From a virus (lineage: Duplodnaviria; Caudoviricetes), in IMG/VR virus record IMGVR_UViG_3300036783_000080, positions 1 through 64,000 of that record: a stretch of DNA of 64,000 nucleotides. One strand, written 5' to 3'. The notes beneath the pieces were generated by a model that had not been told where the DNA came from, ran no database searches, and saw nothing but the letters and a program-made list of their open reading frames with translations. Positions 1 through 10,956 of the stretch are shown in pieces; position 1 is the first letter of the stretch, and each line of letters starts with the position of its first letter. The position numbers and the translations under genes are program-made.

Positions 1-461
1 GCGTTGTTTAAAGTAAGAACTGGTTCAGACTTGATACGGTGAGAGCCAGGCTGTCCAAAGTTATCCATGTTTTGCGCGGGGTCACGAAGGCTGACATCTG
101 TCTCCTCTGTAACAATGTACATATTTAACTTAATGCCTATAATTTCACGTCCTACGCCTTTTAACTGGATTTCTTGACGCTTAAACTCATGAATTCTTCC
201 GTCTACATAAACACGTCCATCTTCCACAATCAATTTATTATCCTTTGTGATTGCAAAACTCATACCAGACGTAATAGAACCATCTTTAAATAATGTGTCA
301 GAAAGCTTCTTTAAGTAGTGGTACATCATTGTTTGCATTTGAGTAAACTCACGAGCCTGTTCAACTCTACCTGGAACCGCTAAAATTTGAGAGTACTGCT
401 TTAATGGGTCAAAATCGTCATAATATGGTGCACCTCTTCTTAGCTCATCACTAGTCGCCAT
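1..461 (-). CDS. large baseplate/tail adsorption protein (DUF4815-like), 5' part only, runs off the window edge
   Basis: Not in the ORF track. ATG at 461 after AGAGGAG; reads MATSDELRRGAPYYDDFDPLKQYSQILAVPGRVEQAREFTQMQ. The PYYDDF...PGR..QARE.T.MQ pattern is typical of myophage DUF4815 proteins. Confidence 0.75.
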   Translation of the reverse strand, partial: MATSDELRRGAPYYDDFDPLKQYSQILAVPGRVEQAREFTQMQTMMYHYLKKLSDTLFKDGSITSGMSFAITKDNKLIVEDGRVYVDGRIHEFKRQEIQLKGVGREIIGIKLNMYIVTEETDVSLRDPAQNMDNFGQPGSHRIKSEPVLTLNN

Positions 462-479
462 ATTTGTACATCTCCTCTC

Positions 480-1043
480 TTAAAACTGAATAATAAAGCT
501 TAGAAACTCTTTTGTTGAGTCTCCTCTTAATGATTTCTGACGATTGTCAAGAATCTCTAGTATGCCAGCGGTTTTCACTTCACTTGGAAGCAAAGCAAAT
601 TTACCTGCTGCAACATTGTCGTTTCTTGTTGTACCTGTAAACACTCCTGCTTGTCTGTATTCACCTACAGGAAAATCAGTTGGCATAATAGTCGTTTCTA
701 AGTACACAAAGCAAGCTCCTCTTGTATATGCTTCTGCTTCTGATACAACCCTCCATTGAGAGCCTTCAGCGTATTCTATAATAGTTGTCCCAGGCGGAAC
801 TGTACTTCCATCGTGAGGAACAACCAATAACACTTTGTCCGCTTTGCGATATCCAATGACCTCTTGCATTGTTTTATAGAAAAGTGGTGAAGGTGGCTCT
901 TTCTCTGGGTCTGATGGAACTTGACTTCCGTTATAATCAGCCGCTTTCCAAGGCGATGTTTTACCAATAGCAAAGTAAATTTGAGCATTTTTATAGAATT
1001 GTATTGCTCGGCTGACTTGGAAGTCCTTTGTCTTTACAGCCAT
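480..1043 (-). CDS. baseplate protein
   Basis: 187 aa; IYFAIGKTSPW and YRQAGVF motifs as in SPO1/Twort-like baseplate proteins; synteny. Confidence 0.65.
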   Translation of the reverse strand: MAVKTKDFQVSRAIQFYKNAQIYFAIGKTSPWKAADYNGSQVPSDPEKEPPSPLFYKTMQEVIGYRKADKVLLVVPHDGSTVPPGTTIIEYAEGSQWRVVSEAEAYTRGACFVYLETTIMPTDFPVGEYRQAGVFTGTTRNDNVAAGKFALLPSEVKTAGILEILDNRQKSLRGDSTKEFLSFIIQF

Positions 1044-1055
1044 TGTAATCCCTCC

Positions 1056-1739
1056 TTATACTTGTTTTGTTTGACTCCAAACGACTTTCTCACCAGAACG
1101 CTTCATTGTAGCTAGTCCTGAGAAGACACGTCCGTTTTGGTCAATTACTCTTAACGTTTTCATAGAAACGAAGCTACTCAATATTGGCTCTTTGTTTCTA
1201 CCATCAATAACAATATCCTCTACTGGAGGGATTGCTTTATAAGTAAACTTAATTGATGAACCAGCAGCCTTAATGATTTCCATGAATGCAACTAGTTCTT
1301 TCGTAATTGGTTTGTTTACAATTATATCTACAACGCCAATTCTGTAATAGTCCTTATCTTGGAATCTCCCTTTACCGCTGAATGTAGATGAGTTGAATAT
1401 CCTCATATCTCTATAAGGCTCATAGATTCTAACAATAGTATCATCCCCAAGGATTTTCTTTGTGGCTTTCTCTAATGCAGGAATCGTAGCCCGTTCATCA
1501 AGAACTTCAAATATTCTTTCTCTCAACTCGTCGTCTGATTCATTATTGAGTCTGGCTCTGTTAAACCAACTGCCCCACTCTTCCAACCAATTGTCAGAAG
1601 CTGTCTCAGGTGACAGCTCCTTTCTCATTTGGTCTGTATCCTCATTGATTTTATCCAACTGTTTTGTTATAGAACCCAAGAATGCTTCATGGTCTTTATT
1701 AGCATCTTTACGTTTAAAGATAGATGGAAGGAATTTCAT
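1056..1739 (-). CDS. baseplate wedge/tail protein I-like
   Basis: 227 aa; LEEWGSWF...R..NESDDELRERI motif directly downstream of baseplate J. Confidence 0.6.
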   Translation of the reverse strand: MKFLPSIFKRKDANKDHEAFLGSITKQLDKINEDTDQMRKELSPETASDNWLEEWGSWFNRARLNNESDDELRERIFEVLDERATIPALEKATKKILGDDTIVRIYEPYRDMRIFNSSTFSGKGRFQDKDYYRIGVVDIIVNKPITKELVAFMEIIKAAGSSIKFTYKAIPPVEDIVIDGRNKEPILSSFVSMKTLRVIDQNGRVFSGLATMKRSGEKVVWSQTKQV

Positions 1740-1742
1740 ACA

Positions 1743-2813
1743 TTACACCCCCAGCGATGAAGACAGTTTAACTTCAATTTGTCCACTTCTGATTAACTGA
1801 GATTGGTCAATAGGTACATCTCCAATAGGTGATGTTATCTTACAGTTTCTGATTGCTACTTTGTCAATACCTCTGACAAATGCATTCAAGTCTGAAGAGA
1901 TGAAATCTTGTGATACAACGAAATCATCTAAATAATATCGTATTTCGTCCTCAATCATTATTTTAAAGTCATCTGTAGCAAATTGAGGTAATACCGTAAC
2001 TTCCATTTTGATATCCAACGGTTTCTTCACGATTGGGATAATATACATTGGAGTTCCTGCTGGTTTATAGTAGTATAAATTGTCTGAAATCTTTTTCTTT
2101 AAATCGTCAGACAAGTTTCCAGCGGCGTCATGAGCATATATTTTAATGATACCTACTTGAGAATCATCAACCCATACGCCCGTAACATCTTCAACTTCCA
2201 GCGTACCGTATTCAAGAGCTGGGATAGTTCCTCTTGCTCTTGTCTCAACGTATCTTGTGAAGCGTTGTTTTCGTTCAGCTAATGTCTCTTCATCTCGTCC
2301 CGTCATGAATCGGTTTGGATTATTAATTTCAGAAACATATCCAATGCCGTTAGTCATTAATGTAATAGTGTTGGCGGCTATGTTTCCGATACGTCCTGCT
2401 TTTGTACACTTCACTTCAATGATTGCATAAGATGAACTTTCTTTAACTACATAATCCCTTTCAGTTTCGAAATATAAGATTTCTTCACTGTAACGACTTG
2501 TAGTGAATCTTGTTCCTTTAGGGATTGTCATCGCTGCTGGAATGTTCTGAGTAAATGTTAAAACAACTTCACCAAAGGCATAAGTTGCTTCTTTTCTTTT
2601 AAATCCGAAAGAATCATACACAGCGTTCTCAACAGACCACATGAAGTTCTTATAAGATTTAAAATAGTATTCTTCAAGCTCTGTCGCAATCGCTTCAAGA
2701 ATCGTTCTTGTAGCTGACCCAACAGAGAAGTCAATAAGACGTTTAGAGTTGTTAGCAACCCAGTCAACCATACCTTTTAAGACTTCTTGGAAAGATTTAA
2801 TTTTTAAGCCCAT
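1743..2813 (-). CDS. baseplate J-like wedge protein
   Basis: 356 aa; DFSVGSATRTILEA, AGRIGNIAANTI and GRDEETLAERKQRF motifs. Confidence 0.85.
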   Translation of the reverse strand: MGLKIKSFQEVLKGMVDWVANNSKRLIDFSVGSATRTILEAIATELEEYYFKSYKNFMWSVENAVYDSFGFKRKEATYAFGEVVLTFTQNIPAAMTIPKGTRFTTSRYSEEILYFETERDYVVKESSSYAIIEVKCTKAGRIGNIAANTITLMTNGIGYVSEINNPNRFMTGRDEETLAERKQRFTRYVETRARGTIPALEYGTLEVEDVTGVWVDDSQVGIIKIYAHDAAGNLSDDLKKKISDNLYYYKPAGTPMYIIPIVKKPLDIKMEVTVLPQFATDDFKIMIEDEIRYYLDDFVVSQDFISSDLNAFVRGIDKVAIRNCKITSPIGDVPIDQSQLIRSGQIEVKLSSSLGV

Positions 2814-3496
2814 TCCACAACACCCTCCTCTCCTATTGTCATTCCCATGTTAATTATTTCATCGATGCCAATGGCAACTATCTTCAATGAAACATACAAA
2901 GCTCCTCTGTCTTTAACGTCCAGAGATTCTATAGTAATATCTTTAACACGGTTATCTCCTCTTACAGTACGCTCAATTTCAACACGTATTTTCTGACGAT
3001 TCTCAAAAGTATTCTTTTTACCAATCAATGTTTGAAGCAACGTACCGAAATCTGGATGATGTAAAAGACTTCCTAAAGGAGTGGAGAAGCGTATTAACAA
3101 TGCCTGCTTCAAGTTCTTGATTCCTCTCACAGTTCTTAAGTCTCCCTTGAGATTTCCTTCAAGTTCCGCTTGTTCAACGTCAGTCAATGAAATAGAGTCC
3201 GTATATTCAAACAACGCTAAGTCTTCACCAAGCAAGCGGTCATACTGTTCTTGAATCTCGAATTTGTGAAGGTTTTCAAGAGGATTAACATTTTCTGCAG
3301 GAACAAGAATGGCTTCGCCAATATACTTAATGTACGTTGGGTCACCTTTCTCTCTATATTTCGACATTGTGAATGGGAAATCCAGACCATTTAGCGTTAC
3401 AAGTTCCAACCAACGTTCTGGCGTTCCAAGATACTTCTGAGAAATACCTTGGACTGTATCGCCATCTAAAACTGTATGCTTAATATACTTTTGCAT
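2804..3496 (-). CDS. LysM + gp25-like baseplate wedge protein
   Basis: N-terminal LysM-like HTVLDGDTVQGISQKYLG; C-terminal NLKQALLIRFSTPLGSLLHHPDFG (gp25-like). Confidence 0.75.
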   Translation of the reverse strand: MQKYIKHTVLDGDTVQGISQKYLGTPERWLELVTLNGLDFPFTMSKYREKGDPTYIKYIGEAILVPAENVNPLENLHKFEIQEQYDRLLGEDLALFEYTDSISLTDVEQAELEGNLKGDLRTVRGIKNLKQALLIRFSTPLGSLLHHPDFGTLLQTLIGKKNTFENRQKIRVEIERTVRGDNRVKDITIESLDVKDRGALYVSLKIVAIGIDEIINMGMTIGEEGVVEWA

Positions 3497-3506
3497 TTAA
3501 ATCACC

Positions 3507-4679
3507 TCAATCCAAAATGTCTACATAATCCTGTAATGTTTTATAAACATCGTTTCCAAATAGTCTTGAGTTTGATAGGTACTGAGAAGAACGTTCCAAC
3601 CATCGCAGCTCAGAGATTAAATCATAATCTGGTCTTTTCTGCTTTGCTAGTTCTTCCGCTACCCAACGAGTGTTCATACCAAGTCTCTGTATGTCTGACT
3701 CAGAAATATACTTGGCGAATTTGTCTGGCTCATTTTTCAAGCAAAGTAATAATGATAGATACTCAGCCAACACTGTCTTTAATCCCGTAGAAACATTTGA
3801 AGGAAGATAAGAGTTTTTAATGTCTTGAATCTTTCCTAAAAAACTATCCTTCGTTATATGTCTATTTGACAGTTTAATCTCCCCTGCTTGAAGTCTCTGA
3901 AGCGTTTCTAACGTTAGTTGAGAAACTACTGCGTCAAACTTTAATTCAATAGGTGAGCTTGCAGGAGCTGCAAATGAACGGAAAGCAAGTCTGGGAGCAA
4001 AAGAGACAGAATTGTTAATCGTTGACTCTTGGACTCGTCCATCTGATAATGTTCTAATGTCAGAGACATACGTTGTTAGTGCTCTATTCGGTGCGAATTG
4101 AGACATGTCAAACGTTTGAGCAATATGACTAGCGGCTATTTCATCTGGAGTCTCAATGCTGATAGGTGCTCGGAATGCTGCTGGCGTTCCCATTGTTCTT
4201 GCTACTCCTCCAGAAGCTGGAGTTGAAGCTGGCTTTGGATATTGCGCTGGACGTAAACAAACCAAACGTATCTCATACATGTAGAGTAACGGGTTTGATT
4301 TTGAACGAAGTAAACGGAATGCTGTTGGGTCTGTATGGACAATCCAACTTTCTTCATCAGTATAATTGTGGAACGTGAGTTCATCTTTCACTTCAGCTCC
4401 AGGTGTACCGTTATTCATGTACTCACGAATGAAGTTGCGAAGCTCCATAAACTTCTCAGCTCCTGAACCCTTCTTAAATCCTGTTGTACCCTTCATGTAA
4501 ACCACAGGAAGACCAGCCCCAAAGTCATCCACCCAAGCTCCACCTTTTGTTTGCGTTGTTGTTGAACGTGATGGTTCATCTTGAGTGTATTCTTCTGGGT
4601 TTAACGTAAATTTGAACGACTTTCCTTTGAAAGCAAATTCCATTCTTTTTAAGGTATTTCTTCCATCACTTTGTGGCAT
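3507..4679 (-). CDS. tail/baseplate protein (tube-initiator-like N-terminus)
   Basis: 390 aa; FTLNPEEY...TQTKGGAWVDDFGAG...GTTG motif; synteny. Confidence 0.6.
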   Translation of the reverse strand: MPQSDGRNTLKRMEFAFKGKSFKFTLNPEEYTQDEPSRSTTTQTKGGAWVDDFGAGLPVVYMKGTTGFKKGSGAEKFMELRNFIREYMNNGTPGAEVKDELTFHNYTDEESWIVHTDPTAFRLLRSKSNPLLYMYEIRLVCLRPAQYPKPASTPASGGVARTMGTPAAFRAPISIETPDEIAASHIAQTFDMSQFAPNRALTTYVSDIRTLSDGRVQESTINNSVSFAPRLAFRSFAAPASSPIELKFDAVVSQLTLETLQRLQAGEIKLSNRHITKDSFLGKIQDIKNSYLPSNVSTGLKTVLAEYLSLLLCLKNEPDKFAKYISESDIQRLGMNTRWVAEELAKQKRPDYDLISELRWLERSSQYLSNSRLFGNDVYKTLQDYVDILD

Positions 4680-4694
4680 AATATCACCTCACCT

Positions 4695-5828
4695 TTATTG
4701 TTCTCTTGGGTCAATCCAAATCAGAAATGGCTTTGGATTCTCTGGTTCTTCTGGTGAAACAACGATATGGTTTATCTCGATAAATCTTGAGAGACTGTCT
4801 GAACGGATATCACCTTTTACTTCAAATTCCAAGTCTTCTCCCATCTTGAAGGAGCTACCTGAAGAATGATACAAATCAACGTTCCCTGCTTCATCAACTC
4901 CCACTTCTGCAATCTCTTCGCCCACAACCCTACGAAGTTTTGCACTTCCGTCAGTTCCAACATCAATCTCTCCATAGTTTTCAGAGTCATCATGATAAGC
5001 GTTGTCCACTTGTCGTTTTACTCGGAATCTTCCAAGTTCGTTCAACTCTAGAAATGTAAGCTTATCATCATTGTTATCTCTGGTCATACGGAAGATACCA
5101 GCGGCACTTAAGAAGAACTTTGTCCAAGTTGTTTCTTTATCCTTAAAAGATGTACGGTGAACGAATAACATGTTTGCTGGCTCTTTCGCTTCATCAAAGT
5201 CAGTTTCATACACTTTACCAGTTGTTGAATCATTTTCACTAAGATGTTGATGGTCAAACCCTAAATGGTTGTCACTCAAATAGCTCTGAGAGTCCATAGA
5301 GAGATTATACATTGCAAAGAATGACTTAGATGTATGAGCAAATTCCATGTTTCCTTCACCATCTATCTTTTTATAAGCAAGAGAGGGAAACACCTGCAAC
5401 GTTTTCAGTGCTTCCCTTCTGTGAAATCCTGGTGTTTTTTCTTTTAAAGGGTAAACCTCTGGAAGAACGTTCTCAACGTTATCTGGGTTTGGTAGCGTTC
5501 CCAAAATGACAGGTCTTGATTTCATATTATCCATGAAACCTAATAGTACAAGAGAGCCTACACCAATAGGTGAAATGCTTCCCCAATATTTCCCACGCTC
5601 TTCATCAAAACCTGAAAATCCTTGAAGCATTCTAGCTGCAAAACGTCCTTCATTCTCTGCGTTTGAAGTGAAAGTATCTTTCGTATTTACAACGATTACA
5701 TCTGCTGTACCGCTCTTGTGATGGACTTTTATAACCCTTGCGACAGTAAGATAACCAGACATATCCATGTCTGGTCTGTAGTTCTGTCTGATACGTCCTA
5801 ATGAACTTTGTAACTTCATAACATTCAC
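4695..5828 (-). CDS. baseplate central spike-like protein
   Basis: 377 aa; OB-fold-like N-terminus ARVIKVHHKSGTADV...VGSLVLLGF...PVILG followed by beta-rich repeats. Confidence 0.6.
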   Translation of the reverse strand: MNVMKLQSSLGRIRQNYRPDMDMSGYLTVARVIKVHHKSGTADVIVVNTKDTFTSNAENEGRFAARMLQGFSGFDEERGKYWGSISPIGVGSLVLLGFMDNMKSRPVILGTLPNPDNVENVLPEVYPLKEKTPGFHRREALKTLQVFPSLAYKKIDGEGNMEFAHTSKSFFAMYNLSMDSQSYLSDNHLGFDHQHLSENDSTTGKVYETDFDEAKEPANMLFVHRTSFKDKETTWTKFFLSAAGIFRMTRDNNDDKLTFLELNELGRFRVKRQVDNAYHDDSENYGEIDVGTDGSAKLRRVVGEEIAEVGVDEAGNVDLYHSSGSSFKMGEDLEFEVKGDIRSDSLSRFIEINHIVVSPEEPENPKPFLIWIDPREQ

Positions 5829-5833
5829 CTCTC

Positions 5834-7645
5834 TTATAATATTCTTCGTAAGCTACCTAAACCATATTTGTTAATCCACCAGTTCATATCAATTTCTCCA
5901 ACGCCTGTGTTTGTTTGAGTACCGATACATTTACCATTACCAAGGTAGATTGTGATATGTCCGTTATGCTTGTAAGTATTGAAGAATACTAAGTCAGCTG
6001 GTTGTAATGCCACAACAGAACCAACATCTTTACCTCTTTTTGCGATTGTGTCCGTTGTAGTTCCTCCAACATCGCCTATGTTTATTCCACATTTTTCAAA
6101 CACATATCGTATCCAAGAAGAACAGTCAAAACGTCCAGCCAGAATATCAGATTGGTTTCGTCCTCCTCCAAATACATATTTATTTGGTCGGTTCAACCAA
6201 CTTCTGGCTTCTGTGATAATTTGAGAAGCTTTACCGCCAGCACCACCAGCTCCTCCAAATCCTGGAATATAAATTCCGCCACCACCTGTTGATGTTCCTC
6301 CTCCTCCGCCGCCTTCCATACTTCCTCCAGCGGCTGTTCCTAATGCTCCGCCTTCATATTTCTTGTGTTCTCCCCAAGGAGCTGAGAAACGTGACTTTCC
6401 ATCTTCTGGGAGTCCTCTTGTAACACCAAGCTTTGATTTCCAGTAAGAATTATTTACAAAATCTTGGGCAACTGATTCAATGAAGAACTCAAACACAGTT
6501 CCGTCCTCTTTTGAGTCAAATGATAATCGTTCACCAATCTTGTACTTGTGGTCTCCTCTTACAACAATATAACCGTTGTAGAAGTTCGGATTCAATATGT
6601 TCCAGTTGTACAAATCTTCTTGATACTTTTCTAAGATTGGACTTACATCACCCATATCTTCAGAAGAACCAAAGAGAGCGTAACCTGTAAACCTTTGAAG
6701 CCGCTTCAATCCATATTTCTTGAAGTATTCTTCATTCCACAAAGGTGGTACATTCGTTGACTTACTCACGTCATTCTTACTAAAGTATTGTTGCATACCG
6801 ACAGCAAACAATGTATAAGATTCAAGGTCACTTCTCCCAATATCATCTGTCTCGACATCTTCATCAGTGATTTTATGAACTGTGAGTTTGTTCCAGTCAT
6901 CCTTATTGAATGGAGTAGGACGTTCAACCAGTTTATTCTTTCCATCATATACTTCCCAGAATAGCTGGTTGAATGGCTCGTCACATATCTCCTTAAGGAA
7001 TGAATTCATACTACCTTGATAGTTGATGAATGATTTCTCGTCCATTAGTCGTTCCCCTTCACGACTCTTCAAGTCCATCTCCATCATATCTTTCAAGGAT
7101 TTTCCGTTGTTGAACTTATACTCCATATATTTGAATACAAGTTCTTCCATAACGCCTTTCACAATGTTCGCTGAATTTTCTCCCGCAAATGTGACTCGTC
7201 CTTGCAGCCACCCCATACTTGCTGCAGTGACTTCTACTTCTTGTACAGCTCCCACTTCAAAGTTGATTAAAGCCTTCGCAAAGTTTCGTCCTACAATAGT
7301 GATAGTTCGTTGAGCGGCGTTCCCCTGCACTGATGTAGTTTTTCGAACATCGTCCACTAAGCCCACCATGACTGTAGATTTCGTGTCATCTTCCCCATTA
7401 CGACTCATCGAAATCATAACAAGGTCATTGGAAGCGACTGTTCTATGCCATGGTCGCTTCCTTGTTAATACTAACTGAAATGTTCCAGCATCAGCGTTCA
7501 AATCGTTCATAGTATTGACGCTTACAATGTCTGAATCAATTTCATTACCTTGTTTTTCTGGTTTAGAACGTGCCATGATTTTTCCCTCTTCAGTGTAGAA
7601 GGAAACAACTGATTTTGGTTTAAAACGTTTGCCTTGAATCGCCAT
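5834..7645 (-). CDS. baseplate hub / tail lysin with C-terminal NlpC/P60 peptidase
   Basis: 603 aa; Gly-rich linker, then YVFGG...FDCSSW...PADLVFF...GHITIYLG (NlpC/P60 Cys-His). Confidence 0.85.
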   Translation of the reverse strand: MAIQGKRFKPKSVVSFYTEEGKIMARSKPEKQGNEIDSDIVSVNTMNDLNADAGTFQLVLTRKRPWHRTVASNDLVMISMSRNGEDDTKSTVMVGLVDDVRKTTSVQGNAAQRTITIVGRNFAKALINFEVGAVQEVEVTAASMGWLQGRVTFAGENSANIVKGVMEELVFKYMEYKFNNGKSLKDMMEMDLKSREGERLMDEKSFINYQGSMNSFLKEICDEPFNQLFWEVYDGKNKLVERPTPFNKDDWNKLTVHKITDEDVETDDIGRSDLESYTLFAVGMQQYFSKNDVSKSTNVPPLWNEEYFKKYGLKRLQRFTGYALFGSSEDMGDVSPILEKYQEDLYNWNILNPNFYNGYIVVRGDHKYKIGERLSFDSKEDGTVFEFFIESVAQDFVNNSYWKSKLGVTRGLPEDGKSRFSAPWGEHKKYEGGALGTAAGGSMEGGGGGGTSTGGGGIYIPGFGGAGGAGGKASQIITEARSWLNRPNKYVFGGGRNQSDILAGRFDCSSWIRYVFEKCGINIGDVGGTTTDTIAKRGKDVGSVVALQPADLVFFNTYKHNGHITIYLGNGKCIGTQTNTGVGEIDMNWWINKYGLGSLRRIL

Positions 7646-10600
7646 TATCTGTTCCCTCCTACGCCTTGAGTGAATTCATATGCTAAGTTTGGTGCTGAGA
7701 ATGCGTTTTGTAGAGACTTCGTAACAGCTCCATTATTCTCTTGACTTAATCCGTTGATTCCGCCACTTACTTTTACGTTTAATGTACGAGTAGCTGGAGC
7801 AGTAGCCATGATTTTCGCAATGTTAGAATCCCAATCAGAATTTGTAGCATACTCATGTTCCCCGTTGTTGTTACGCATTTTGTAAATAGTATCTTGACCT
7901 TTATTCGTGTAGTTCTTCGCAATCCATTTAGCACCTTCTACGATACCAGCGTCAACACCGCCAAATTGGAAGGCTGAAGCCATTGGAGAGCTATCGTATG
8001 CACCAATACCAAACATGTTTCCTTTTTTCTTAGCAATGTTGGAAGTACCCCAACCAGTTTCTTCAGCTGCATGGGCAACAAGGTATTTAACGTCAAGACC
8101 AGATTCTTGTGAAGCTTTTACGAATGCCGCACCTTTACCTCTCATGATAGAGCCTGCAGGAGCTTTACTGTTAATCCAAGCATCTACTTCAGCCGCTGTC
8201 ATATTAGACTGTTGTTTTAAATTCTGGTTACGAAATTGTTGATACTCACCAGAAGCTTTTCCATTATTGTTGTACATAGTGCCGCCACCGCCAGAGTCAG
8301 CTGATGCAGAGTCTCCACCACCGAATAACCCAGCAATACCATCACCAATTCCTCCAAAGAATCCACCGATGCTCTTGAACATCTTAGAGAAGAATCCATC
8401 TTCTTTCTTCTCGCTCATAGCAGACATACCGTTAAATCCAAGGCTTTGGGCTTCTTGGTTACGTTTGCTTTGTTCTTGAGTTTTAGAGTCAGTTTTTGAA
8501 AGTTGTTCACGTTTGTCCAAGTTTCTACGTTCTTTGTCAAGAAGTTCCTCTTGGGCACGTTTAACTTTCTTTTCTTTCTCCTCTTTCTCTTTATCTTTAG
8601 AAGTAGTTGTGGAAGATGCTTTGACTTGGTTGTCGGCTTTCTTAAGGTCTTGGAATCCTTGTCCTGGCTCAATAGCTTTTGGAGTCATAACATGGTCTTT
8701 AGATTCTTCTTTAACCTTAACTTCAACAGGCTTCTCTTCTTCTGCCTTTTTAGGCTTCTTAAGTGCTTCAGCTTCTTTTGGAGATAGTTCAGCAGCTTCT
8801 GCTTTGTTGTCGTTACCAGTTAACCAGTCCCAACCTTTTCTGAATGCACTCTTTCTGTCGTCTGTATGACGCAAAGGTTCTTTTCCTATGTTAGTCAGAG
8901 GTTGGTCAGCTTTTATGTCACCTTTGCTATGACCAAATAACCAGTCACCAGCTTCATCTCCCATGTCCCCAGCCCACTTCAGAGACAGAGCTGTGCCAAC
9001 TGGACCAGCAATCTTTCCTAGTCCTTTTAATAATCCACCACCTTCTCCAGCAGCAGTGGCTGCTTTACCTCCACCGCCTTTGAAGAAGTCACCGATTTTA
9101 GAGCCAACAGCTTTCGTTCCTTCCCAAGCTTTGGAGCCAATGTTCTTAGCACCCTCAAGTGCTTTGGAACCAGTACCGCCGCTTTTGAATAAATCACCAG
9201 CCTTGGAACCAACCCATTTTGTAGCATCTACTGCTTTGGAACCAATATTCTTTGTGCCTTCCCAAGCCTTTGAACCTATGTTCTTAGCATTATTTATGAA
9301 GCCGCCGCCAGCTTCTCCGCCTTTGAACATGTTACCTATTCCACCAATGGCTTTCTTACCAGCCCACATAGAACCTGCGGCACCAGCACCCATTGTACCC
9401 CATTGAGCCCATTCTGGCATACCAAAGAACGCTTCTTTCATTGGTTCCCAGACAGCATCAACCTTTTCACCAAACCATTTCTGAGTCTTTTCTTTATGCG
9501 CATCGTTCTTAGCACGTCTTGCAGCATCAGAGCCAGAATAGTCTTTGGATTTCTTAGAGATTTCTGCATCCCCGTTATTAACAAGGCTTTCCATCTCTTT
9601 CTTAGACACGCCGCCTTTTTTAAGTTCTTCCAATATATCTGGTTGTAACAAGCGGTCTGCTTTCTCAATGTCAGTGTTAAATAGTTCTTTTACTAATAAT
9701 GCTTGTGCATCTTTATTTCCACCAGCATACTTGTCTATGTTGCTAAAGATACGTTTAACATTATCTGGGTCAGTGATACCTTTTGCCTTCATACGTTCTA
9801 TGTCAGCACGTCCCTTAACACCTTGGAACTCAGTACCCCATCCCAACAGTACGTCCATACGGTTGTCACCGTTTTTAATACCCGCATCCATATTAGAAAG
9901 CAAGTCAGCTCCACGTTGACCTTTGAAGCCTTCCTCTTTACTTCCTAACATAGCAGACATACCAACCATCTGTTGAAGCTCTTGTTGTGATAATGAAAGT
10001 TGACCTGAAGCCGCTTGAGTTGATAATCCAGAGATAGCATCAACAAGCTCTCTATCTCGTCCCTGCATACCTTCTTTCTTAATCGCACCAGCTAGTAAAT
10101 TAGCAAACTTCCGTTGGTCACCGTCTTGTAATGCTCCTAATTTCTTAAGAGTACCAGAAGATTGAGCAAGAGCTGTTGCATCAATGCCCATTGCTCTTGA
10201 AGCAGTTTGTGTTTGTTTTACTTCATCCCAAGTCGTTTTCTTATCCTTTGCCCCACCAGTGGATGTTAGAACATCAGCAACTTCCATAGTCTCTTTGGCT
10301 TTATACCCGTTATACATACCAGTTTCCATAGCATCTTTACGAGCATTATCATACTTACCATTATAACCACCCATACGGTTTCCAAGTTGAGCAGTGTACT
10401 CTTCTTCAGATTTAACCATCTGACGTCCTTGATTACCAAAGTTCCATAGTTTACCTACAGCCAACATACCGCCAAGCATACTAAGAGCCTTTGCACCACC
10501 ACCTCCAAGTAAAGCAGTAAGACCTCCACCATTTTGTCCCTGCATACCGCTAACTTGTTGAGATGAATCAGAAGCTCTCTGTTGAAGTTGTTGGGCAATC

Positions 10601-10956
10601 GTATTCTGAGATTGAAGGTTAACTCGTTGAGCTTCTACTTGACTAAGCTCTCTTTTAAGTTTATCAATCTCAGTTTGGTTGTTAGCAGTTTTCATTGACT
10701 TTTCAAGTTCGGATTTCTTTCTGTCGAACTCCTGTTTCATCTGCTCGTACTGTCTGAAGAATGTTCTATATATCCCTTCCGCTTGTTTGGACATCCGTTC
10801 AAAGCTCTGAATGTCTTTATCAGAAAGGAATCCGTCAGAGTAATCCCCTTTTCTCTTAACATTGTCCATTCCAGAGACAGCCTTTTCCAAGTCCTTTACG
10901 GAACGTATGGCATCGGCAGTGTCGGCTTTCAGTTTAATTCCAATTTCCTGTTCCAT
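7645..10956 (-). CDS. tape measure protein with C-terminal glucosaminidase (GH73-like) domain
   Basis: 1103 aa, helical and Gly/Ala-rich; C-terminal YLVAHAAEETGWG...NMFGIGAYD...YAT motif. Confidence 0.85.
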   Translation of the reverse strand: MEQEIGIKLKADTADAIRSVKDLEKAVSGMDNVKRKGDYSDGFLSDKDIQSFERMSKQAEGIYRTFFRQYEQMKQEFDRKKSELEKSMKTANNQTEIDKLKRELSQVEAQRVNLQSQNTIAQQLQQRASDSSQQVSGMQGQNGGGLTALLGGGGAKALSMLGGMLAVGKLWNFGNQGRQMVKSEEEYTAQLGNRMGGYNGKYDNARKDAMETGMYNGYKAKETMEVADVLTSTGGAKDKKTTWDEVKQTQTASRAMGIDATALAQSSGTLKKLGALQDGDQRKFANLLAGAIKKEGMQGRDRELVDAISGLSTQAASGQLSLSQQELQQMVGMSAMLGSKEEGFKGQRGADLLSNMDAGIKNGDNRMDVLLGWGTEFQGVKGRADIERMKAKGITDPDNVKRIFSNIDKYAGGNKDAQALLVKELFNTDIEKADRLLQPDILEELKKGGVSKKEMESLVNNGDAEISKKSKDYSGSDAARRAKNDAHKEKTQKWFGEKVDAVWEPMKEAFFGMPEWAQWGTMGAGAAGSMWAGKKAIGGIGNMFKGGEAGGGFINNAKNIGSKAWEGTKNIGSKAVDATKWVGSKAGDLFKSGGTGSKALEGAKNIGSKAWEGTKAVGSKIGDFFKGGGGKAATAAGEGGGLLKGLGKIAGPVGTALSLKWAGDMGDEAGDWLFGHSKGDIKADQPLTNIGKEPLRHTDDRKSAFRKGWDWLTGNDNKAEAAELSPKEAEALKKPKKAEEEKPVEVKVKEESKDHVMTPKAIEPGQGFQDLKKADNQVKASSTTTSKDKEKEEKEKKVKRAQEELLDKERRNLDKREQLSKTDSKTQEQSKRNQEAQSLGFNGMSAMSEKKEDGFFSKMFKSIGGFFGGIGDGIAGLFGGGDSASADSGGGGTMYNNNGKASGEYQQFRNQNLKQQSNMTAAEVDAWINSKAPAGSIMRGKGAAFVKASQESGLDVKYLVAHAAEETGWGTSNIAKKKGNMFGIGAYDSSPMASAFQFGGVDAGIVEGAKWIAKNYTNKGQDTIYKMRNNNGEHEYATNSDWDSNIAKIMATAPATRTLNVKVSGGINGLSQENNGAVTKSLQNAFSAPNLAYEFTQGVGGNR
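9080..9290 (-). repeat. 11-residue KNIGSKAWEGT-type repeats in the tape measure protein
   Basis: KNIGSKAWEGT/KNIGSKAVDAT/KWVGSKAGDLF/KNIGSKAWEGT/KAVGSKIGDFF visible in the translation. Confidence 0.8.
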